This document shows, in pieces, positions 54,750 to 64,000 of a stretch of DNA of 64,000 nt. The position numbers and the translations under genes are program-made. Origin of the DNA: Octopus sinensis (lineage: Eukaryota); NCBI RefSeq assembly GCF_006345805.1, contig NC_043004.1:77686001-77750000 (forward strand), in the 5' to 3' direction. A model generated the notes under the pieces. The model was not told the DNA's origin and made no database searches. It was given only the letters and a program-made list of their open reading frames with translations. Within the stretch, counting starts at the first letter, position 1. Each line of letters begins with the position of its first letter.

Positions 54750-57700
54750 AAAAGAGGGACTGAAAAAACAAGACAAGTTAGCTACACATTCTACTGGTAG
54801 GATAAAGAAATACAGAAGCCAGTTAAACAGTGTTGGCTTTTGCTATGAAAAGTTCTTTTGCTGCTTAATTGGAATTTGTTCCCAAAGGAGTTAATAACAG
54901 AACGCCACTGAGAATTCCACAAAGAGGAATATGTTCCCACCATGACCATGATCTTGAATCTACATTGTCATCCATGTCAATTTCAGATCATATATTTTCA
55001 TTTGGTGACTTCAATGACACAGGTCACTATGTGGCAGGCTCTTCCTTTAAAGAATGCCAAGACAAACTTTTGCATTCCAGCAAGATGCAAAATATCTTTG
55101 ACACAACTTTATTCCACATACTAGCATATGCTGGAGTATATAACTGTGAGAAGGCACAATCTCAGTGACCTGCAGATAGCAAGATCTATGTTTGAAACTG
55201 AATGTAGCACTGAACACTGGTTCACAGTTATTACAGTGGAGGTGGAATTTAAAATCAGGAGATACTCCTCAGAGCAAGCAGAAGGCAGGGAATCTATATT
55301 CATCATTTCAAAATGCCTTAGAAGTCTGATGACAAATAATACACAAAAATGTTTTGAAAGCCTTTGTGCAATCTATGGTCCAGCTCACATGGGTGTTTCA
55401 CCCATCTCCACAGCAGATTGAAATGCATGTATCACAGTCAAAGAAGCAATACATGAAAGATGGGCTGAACTTCCAAAATGTTCTAAACAGACCGTCGCAA
55501 GTAAATGAAGAATCTACAAACAATCTAGTGTAGTTTTCCTTCGATGCAACCTTAATGAAAATCCCACCCTTCTTGAAGCCAGTGAAACTATCAGGCTACT
55601 GTCTTTTCATAAAGAACCAAGCACAGATTCAATTCCTGTAGAAATATATGCTTATGGTGATGAAATGTTCATTGAAAAATTGAGCTATTTTCATTGATGT
55701 GGTCAATAGGTAACATTCCCCAACAATTCAAGGATGCTACAATTATTCACCTGTATAAGAACAAAAGTGACAGGCAGTCATGTTGTAATCATAAAGGTAT
55801 TTCCCTTTTATAAATTGCTAGCAAAACCATGGCAAGAATACTCCATGATTCCCTCATTCACTATCTTACCACCAACAAACTCTGACCAAAAAGGCCAATA
55901 TGATTTTCATTATATTGATATGATCTTTGCAGTAAGACAGAACCAGAAGTGTACAGGGCAGAATAAAGTCATGTATCCAACTTTTGTTGATCTCATGAAG
56001 GCTTTTGACAATGTGTGTTGTAGTGGCTTGAGGAAAATCCTTGCTAATAGTTGCCCGTCCATGTTTGTGAATAAGATGCACCAGTTTCATGATGGCATAC
56101 TGGTGAGTGCTAGGAACATCATCATCATCGTTTAACGTCCATTTTCCATGCTAGCATGGGTTGGACGGTTCGACCGGGGTCTGGGGGAAGCCAGAAGGCT
56201 GCACCAGGCTCCAGTCTGATCTGGCAGTGTTTCTACAGCTGGATGCCCTTCTTAACGCCAACCACTCCATGAGTGTAGTGGGTGCTTTTTACGTGCCACC
56301 AGCACAGGGGCCAGAGGAGGCTGGAAAACGGCCACAATCGGTTGGTGCTTTTTATGTGCCACCAGCACAGGGATCACAACTACAATTTCCATTGATTTTT
56401 TATGTCAATGTACTTGACTCAATCGGTCTCCTCAAGCACAGGGTCGAAACAGTGTTTCTTTACTTGCCACCTGCACAGGAGTCAGTCCAGTGGCACTGGC
56501 AATGGCCGGGTGCCAGTCATAGGATTTGGTTCAATTTCGAAATGGAAACATATCAATATCATTTTCTGTCACCTATGGTATGATATAGGGTTGCATCATA
56601 GCACCTACTCTTTTCAATATCAGGTTTTCTGCCATGTTGCTAGAGGTTTATAGACCACCACCTGAAATTAACATTAGGTACAGGAAAGACAGCAAACTGT
56701 TTAATCTTGACAGATTGTAAATAAAACCAAAGTATCAAAGTGTCTGAACTGCTATTTGAAGATGATGACGGGCATGAGCACCATACAAGCATGATCATTG
56801 ACAGAGCGGCTAACTGGCTTCTGTGCCAGTGGCATGTAGGAGGCACCATTCGAGCGGGATCATTACCAGCATCGCTTTACTGGCACCTGTGCCATTGGCA
56901 TGCATAAAAAAAATTCGAGCGACGTTGTTGCCAGTACCGCTTGACTGGCCCCCATGCTGGTGGCACACAAAAGCACCCACTACACCCTCGGAGTGGTTGG
57001 CGTTAGGAAGGGTATCCATCTGTAGAAACTCTGCCAGATGAAGACTGGAGCCTGGTGCAGCCATCTGGTTTGCCAACCCACAGTCAAACCGTCCAACCCA
57101 TGCTAACATGGAAAGCGGACATTAAACGATAATGATGATGATGTAAATTGCTTGCACAAAATAAGTCCAGCACTGCAACCATGTGTTAAACAATTCTCCA
57201 GAGTCTCCAACAACTCTGGCTTCTCTATCAATAAAGCAAAAATAGAGATATTGCATCAACCAATTCCAGAACATGCACAATGTATACATCCTGGAATGGA
57301 AGTGAGATTATACTGAAAAATGTAGACAAATTTAAATATCTTGGAAGTGCACTCCTAAAACGCCTGTATTGATGTTGATGTGCCATCACTTACTGGTAAG
57401 GAAAACGCAGCTTTTAGAAAACTGCTGCATATACAATTCTGTTATCCTTCCACATCTCCCGTATGACATCAAACCAGACCCATGCTAAAAATTTTTTATT
57501 ATTTCCAATCCTCCCACAGAATCTTCATAAGGAAGATTATAAGCATGAAGTGGCAAGGTAAAATGCCAATACAGAGACTCTCATGGCAAAATACTTGGTT
57601 TGTTTGCTAAGCTTTTGAGCAAATCCAGGTATGTTGGGCTGGACATGTTAACAGAATATCTACCACAGGCAACCTTCTATTCTAAGGTTACAAATGGAGA

Positions 57701-57960
57701 GCACCATGTTGGTACGCCACATAAAAAATTCAAAGATGCATTAAAAGCAACCTTGAGCGGCAGCAAAATCAATCTAAATTCATAGAGTGACGTTTCCTGG
57801 AGGTTTTACATGAGTAAAGCTAACACCAGGAGTTCAAAGGTGTTTGAATCTTTACAAATTTCAGTATCAGAAGCCAAAATGGATACTTATAAATCAGCAT
57901 AACAACTCCGGTACAAGTGAACATAATGTGTGGCCTGCAACAAATACCTCTCTACCAGAA
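54750..57960 (+). mobile_element. Degenerate RTE-clade LINE interrupted by two younger insertions (56117-56560, 56765-57142)
   Basis: Remnants FGDFN, FVDLMKAFD, KDSKLFNL and KKFKDALKATL are collinear across the insertions. Confidence 0.85.
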
Positions 57961-58183
57961 CAAACCAACTCAGCCACAGCAAAACAAAATGAAGCTATCT
58001 TCAGTTTTCTACCACCTCTTATTTTTGTTTTTCTTTTGCATCTAAACTATTATCAGACAGATGGACAAACTATTGTGTGTGTGCAGGTAGGTGTTTGTGC
58101 CCCCACCCCACCGCTTGACAATTGCTATTGGTTAGCTGTAAATGTTCAGAAAAAAGAGACTGATAGAATTAGTGCTAGGTTTA

Positions 58184-58406
58184 ACCCTTTAGTATTCCCA
58201 ATTATTCTACCAAATGTGATGCTTGTTTATTCACATTGCATTGAATTAATCCTGCATTATCTCATAGCTGTGAGATTTCTGCGATGTGACTCTTTACTTT
58301 GGGAATAATATTGTAGGACAGGGTAAGAGGCTGGATCTGAATGGTTTTGAACAAAAAGGAGGTAAAATACTTAGGCCGGATATGGCCGGTTTGAATGCTA
58401 AAGGGT
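58184..58406. mobile_element. piggyBac-like MITE, inverted and un-nested relative of 32922-33319
   Basis: ttaa|ccctttag ... ctaaaggg|ttaa; internal homology to the outer 32922 element. Confidence 0.75.
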
Positions 58407-60279
58407 TAAAGAAAAAGGAAGTACTGGGGTTGATTTGTCCAACTGAACCCTTCAAGGCAGTGCCCCAGCATGACAACAGTCAAATGACTGAAACAAGATA
58501 AAAAATATAGCAAGACTATTCCTCTATTATTCTCTTACCCTCTCATCAACTGGTGCTAAGCCACCTTCCTCAGTACTACTTCCCCTCCCAGTCTTTTTCT
58601 TGCAAGTTACTTGGTGACCCCACCTGTGCTAGTACCACAAAAAAAGTATCCAGTATGCTGTTTCATGGTTGGTATTAGGAAGGGAATTCAGCCACAGAAA
58701 CCATTCCAAAACAGACAATAGAGATTGGAACAATCCTCTGGCTTGCCAGCTCTTGTCAAACCATCCAGCCCATGCCAACATAGAAAGCAGACATTAAATG
58801 ATGATGATGATAAATTTACCATACTTATTTCATTTCTGCCTAGCCATTGCTAGGTATTCCACGTTTTTCAATTCCATGCATAAGTGCACTTTTCAGCTGC
58901 ATCGTACAGTACAACTTTCATACAAAAAGCTAAACAACACTTTCAATTACTAAACTTCTTTTCTCTTGGAACTATACTTCTGCCATAGCTATTGCTAACA
59001 TTACTTAGAAACCCTGGTAACAGAAAGCCTCTGAGCAATACAAGGATTTCAAATCACCAGTATGCCTTCTACAAATGATCCTGTCATCATCATCATCATC
59101 GTTTAACATCCGTTTTCCATGCTAGCATGGGTTGGACGGTTCGACCGGAGTCTGGGAAGCCAGAAGGCTGCACCAGGCTCCAGTCTGATCTGGCAGTGTT
59201 TCTACAGCTGGATGCCCTTCCTAACGCCAACCACTCCGTGACTGTAGTGAATGCTTTTTACGTGCCACTGGCACAGGTGCCAACCGAGGCTGGCAACGGC
59301 CGCGATCGATTGGTACTTTTTACATGCCACAGGCACAGAAGCCAGTCATGGCGGCACTGGCATCGGCCACGTTCAGATGGTGCTTTTTACGTGCCACCGG
59401 CACAGGGATCACAACTACAATTTCCATTGACTTTTGCAAGAATCCAATTTTGTGTTCTTTTACAAGTTCTGAAACATTTTCTGCAACTCAACAGATTCTT
59501 CTTTGAGAAGTAGGACACTATCATCACCACCATCATCTTAAGATTTACTTTTTCAAACTTGCAGGGGTCAAACGAAAGAATGTTGGAGCAGAGTTTTCTA
59601 TGGTTGGATCGAACTAATTATTTCCAAACAAAGTAATAATCTCACATGGAAGAGGACGCATGGCGTTCGATCATATAATAACAATTTAATAAATAAAACA
59701 TATGCATACATACATACATATATGTACATACCTACATCTATATGTATATATACATGCATATATGAGTACAGGACACCACAAATAAACGTAGAACACAACG
59801 AGAAACGAAAACATAAAAACAAAACATGGAAACGGACTTTTTTAAACAACGAAAAAACAGAGTACAAGACATACAACACAAGGAACATTCCCCTTCTTCA
59901 GCTGCCCCTGCTTCGACTTAATAATCTCAGTCTATTGAACAACAAACAGTCAAGACAGGGTTATGCAAAGAACTAGACACGAACAACACCATATGAATAA
60001 GTCATTATTTACGAAGATATCCCTTGTTTGCAATCAGTTAATACACATGAAGACAAGATGAAATAAAAACTCACACATGTATATGTATGTGTGAGTGTGT
60101 CAGTGTGTCTTTTTCTTGACATTACATGATAGTTGCAAATGAGTGTCGCTGCCATTCATTTCCAATATTCTGCCAAAATATGTCTACCCACAGGGAAATA
60201 TTAATGTGTTTGGAAACAGGTGAGGATTGGTGACAGGAAGGGCTCCAAATGCAGAAAATTTACCTCAATAAACTCCATT

Positions 60280-62330
60280 TGAACAATAGGTGACTAAGTG
60301 AAGTACTAAATAAACAATTCCAAAGTGTCTTCACATCTCCACTGGGAAATATGCAAATAAGTAAGCTTCATGAGTTCTTTGACTCTGCAGATCGACATGG
60401 GAAAGAGGCAACCATCAATTACATCAACACACTGTAAGAACATGTAATATAGGCCACTGATGAGATGACCCTAACCTCAGTAATGGGCCCAGATGGATTT
60501 CTAGCTGTTCTTTTATAGACACACAAGGTGTGCAGATACTTTTTCAAAGTTTCCTTGCATGTGGCAAACTTCCCAAAATGTTAAAAGAAAATATATGTCC
60601 TATCCATTTAGAAGGAAAGAAAGCACATGCTAAAAATTACAGGCCTATCTCTCTGATTTCACATGTTAGCAGTCATGGAACACATTGTCAGAAGAAGGCC
60701 GAGCACATTCCTCAAAGAAAGTAACTTGCTCACAAACACACAGCATAGCTTCTGTCCTGGGAGGAGCAGCCTCATACATCTACTACAACATTATGACTGG
60801 ATATTGAAACAAGAGCTCGACCACAGAAATGTGGATGCGATATATCTCAATTTCGCTATTGCCTTCACCAAAGCTGATCATAGGACGATATATTACAGTG
60901 TGAGCTTCATATCACTGGAGAATAAGGAGAGTGGCTGCATCACTTTTTAAAAGGCAGAAACCAGACAGTTGCAACCAACAATGCTTTCTCTAAGAGGTCA
61001 ATTCTCAGCGGAGTCCCTCAGGGAACTGTACTGGGACTACTACTGTTTGTGTTGGCTCTCTAAAACATGACCTCAGCCACTATCACCAGGTATACTGATG
61101 ATACGAAAGTATCACAAGTGACCAAACTAGCAGAAATACTTGAATACAATATGCAAGTGGGTTAATGGAAAATAACATGCAGTTAAATGCTGAGAAGTTT
61201 CAAGCACTCCACTATCAGCCCACAAACAAACAATCAGAATACACAAGACCAGGAGGTAGTGTAATCCCAGAGTCAAAGTTGATGTCTGACCTGGGAATCC
61301 AAATGAGTAATGATGCAACATTCCAATATGCATATTACCAAGATGGTAACACCATGCAGGTGGGTATCTGGATTGATTCTAAGATTATTCAGATCCAGGA
61401 AGACCCGGCAGCACATAAAAAGCACCATCCAAATGTGATTAATGCCAGCGCAGCCTTGACTGGCTTCTGTGCCGGTGGCACATGATCTGCTGTGCTTGAG
61501 GAGACCTTATTGAGTCAAGTACATCAACATCAAAATAAATATCAAATGGAAATTGTAGTTGTGATACCTGTGCTGGTGGCGCGTAAAAGGCACCATCCGA
61601 GCGTGGCTGATGCCAGCACCACCTTGACTGGCTTCTGTGCCGGTGGCACATAAAAAGCACCCACTACACTCATGGAGTGGTTGGCGTTAGGAAGGGCATC
61701 CAGCTGTAGAAACACTGCCAGATCAGACTGGAGCCTGGTGCAGCTTCCTGGCTTCCCAGACCCCGGTCGAACCATCCGACCCATGCTAGCATGGAAAACG
61801 GACGTTAAACGATGATGATGAGGAAGGAGACTATGATACTTCTATGGAGAACTTTCATTCTCAGTTGTCTGGATTACTGCTAACTGTGGTTACCACAGAG
61901 TGTCAAACCGATGGTGGAACTCAAAGCAATCTGGAGCCAATACACAAAGAAAATTGACTCAGTTCAACAGATGAGCTACTAGAATTTAAAGGAACTGACG
62001 CTCTTCTATTAGAGAGAAGGCACACAAAATATGCAATGATGTACATATGGAAGATCGTGGAAGATCTAGCTCCCAACTTTGGAATTGATAGCTATACTAA
62101 CCTACAACAGGACAGCACTGCAGAACACCAAAGATCCCATCTTCTCTATCTAGAATAAGGGCCCAGTACTGTATCAGCTAGAGTTTCAATGGTCCATAAC
62201 TATTCGACATTCTGCCATACAACCTCAGAAATTTGAGGTGTAGATGTGGAAGTCTTCAAAGGTACCACATTGCGGCAGGAATCACAAAGAACAGTTCTGT
62301 TCAATTTGCTTCTTCACCAGAAACAACACA
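60280..62330 (+). mobile_element. Degenerate CR1-clade LINE (same family as 28760-30405), interrupted at 61395-61820
   Basis: NYRPISLISH, GVPQGTVLGLLLF and YTDDTKV remnants; continues after the insertion. Confidence 0.85.
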
Positions 62331-64000
62331 GAAAAAAAAATCACACTGAAAGATTGTGCCCCAGCAGGGCTTCAGCTTCTGGCTGAAACCAATAAAAGAT
62401 ATACATACATACACTAATGGGCTCTTAGATTTAGTTTTCCTAGAATCCACTTAACTATAGAGTGAAAGTCTTTCTTCAGATCAACAAATGTATAGACTAT
62501 TTTCTTTATAAATATATCTCCAGAATATTACATCTGTGGCTCCACAACTCAACACAAACCTAAATATCATTGTATCTACATTAGCTGTATTCTATAGTAA
62601 CTTTCCGAAAATACTTAGTTGCATACAGGAAGATTTAATGTGTCATTTAACTGCTCCTTTTTTACACTTAATACTCATATCTCACTATTAAGCTGTATCA
62701 CTCTTTATACATGCTTCATATAGTCTACTTTTGAGCAGAAAAAAAGAATTCCTTTGTCATTCAAAATAACAGTATAGACTGACAGGCGAAAACAGGCCTT
62801 GATTGCCATAATGCACCTATGTGAGCAATCACTAAATGGTACTACGTGGAATGTGGTCCTAGACTGGTTATCTCCTTGGTATTGATACTAGTTATTCAAC
62901 ACTGCACAAACATTGTAAGAACATTTCAGCTGACGGTAAAATGATCAGCAGAGCAATTGTTTTTCAACTTTGGTTACCAATAGCAAAAAGAATTCTGGGT
63001 CAATTTAACTGGTTGACAAGCATTTTTAGCCCATCTTTTATATTTAATTTTATCGTTATACAAAACAGAGTTCAATGAAACTGGTATATTTTAAAATACC
63101 ATATTCATTTCTTTGTTATATAATTGATAAAAGTTAACACACTGAAATACTTTTTAAAGATATAATTTATGAGCGAAAATTCAAATACGTAAATATGAAA
63201 TCCTGTTTACATTATTGAAATAATTACGGAAGTTGGATGGCAAGATCGGTGGCACACCGAATGAGAATATATTCTGGTATTTAGGTTCACCCTTCCATTT
63301 ACCGAGTTCAATAACGGCAGGAGATCCTCTCTCTCCTTTTTCTAACCGAAGACCTCATTACCGAAATAAGTTTCAGAATTCAAAAGCTTTAACAGATTAT
63401 ATGACGTAAAAAGCATTCTAAAGCCTCAGTAACTGAGATTTAAAACGTATTTTTATAATATTTTCAAATGCCTTAAGGGAAATACTTTCACCGAGACAGA
63501 CGAAGTGGTGATAATAAAGAATCTTAAAAAGCAGGCATGGCTTAGATGATCATTGAATAGTAAATAGCGCTCACATTCTTTTGCTTAAGGCTGCCAACCA
63601 AGCCGCAGTTACTTCCTCATTTTGCACAGTAAAAAAGCACTAGGATTACTCTGCACATATTTTTTGAACGATCAGTTAAAAGCAAAGACAAGAAGTGTTT
63701 AATAAAAATGTATGCTGTTTCGAGAGATGGGAGGACACTTGCTTCAGTCCCTATCCATTGGTGCTACTACTACTATACTATCATTATTATTATTATTATT
63801 ATACGAGCTAGTAAAGCAGAGCTACTACAAACGGTTTAACAACAACGCTATAACTATTACACATTTGATAAATAAATAGATTACAGACGGATATCAAGAT
63901 AATGTAGAGAAATCCATCTTCATATATATATAATATACATACAATATATATATATATATATAATATACATACAATATATATATATATATATATATAATAT

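Larger units (their letters stand above)
2621..61820. repeat. Dispersed family of about 24 RTE-type 3' UTR copies (at least three subfamilies, both orientations)
   Basis: Approximate copies: 2621-2925(-), 5470-5747(+), 5765-6130(-), 10468-10935(-), 11323-11430(-), 13738-13960(+), 18887-19190(-), 20430-20715(+), 23822-24322(+), 24981-25320(+), 36045-36440(+), 36840-37072(+), 40950-41215(+), 42015-42340(-), 45030-45605(+), 46660-46830(+), 48905-49137(+), 50980-51235(+), 52320-52520(-), 56117-56560(-), 56765-57142(+), 58595-58812(+), 59085-59430(-), 61395-61820(+). Shared core gtggttggcgttaggaagggcatccagc. Confidence 0.9.

Noticed and set aside
61092-61112. ctgatgatacgaaag hammerhead-like string
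   Set aside because: It is the CR1 RT coding motif YTDDTK and has no stems.
48058-64000. AF10 PHD1 exons (CCVCSDERGW, ACYGIVxVPxGPWFCRKC)
   Set aside because: Searched by eye on the minus strand and not found; they probably lie beyond the window.

Overview
AT-rich, repeat-dense animal genomic DNA. The repeat families (RTE-LINE 3' UTRs with (GAT)n tails, tRNA-headed SINEs, CCCTTT/TTAA MITEs) look like Octopus (coleoid cephalopod); this is recognition from memory, not a search result. One protein-coding gene spans most of the window on the minus strand: an AF10/AF17-family gene (MLLT10-like; Alhambra/ZFP-1 family). I traced 15 GT-AG, phase-consistent coding exons from 48057 to 908. They total 2355 nt (784 aa plus stop) and encode the Zn-knuckle and PHD2 of the PZP domain, a Ser/Thr-rich middle, the OM-LZ DOT1L-binding region and a C-terminus ending KEKS*. 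I could not find the PHD1 exons, which probably lie beyond 64000. The introns contain RTE, CR1, Penelope-like, Helitron, piggyBac-like and Tc1-like elements and SINEs. Most notable observations: (1) a candidate in-frame 27-nt microexon (39441-39467) inserting AGKGGKYTQ, with a histone-H4-like GKGGK, into the PZP Zn-knuckle; (2) a near-canonical type I hammerhead ribozyme on the gene's sense strand (9364-9407), plus two further hammerhead-like repeat families; (3) two codons at conserved AF10 positions that A-to-I editing would revert to the ancestral residue, including His for Arg in the octapeptide motif. All functional statements are hypotheses. Repeat boundaries were read by eye and are approximate.
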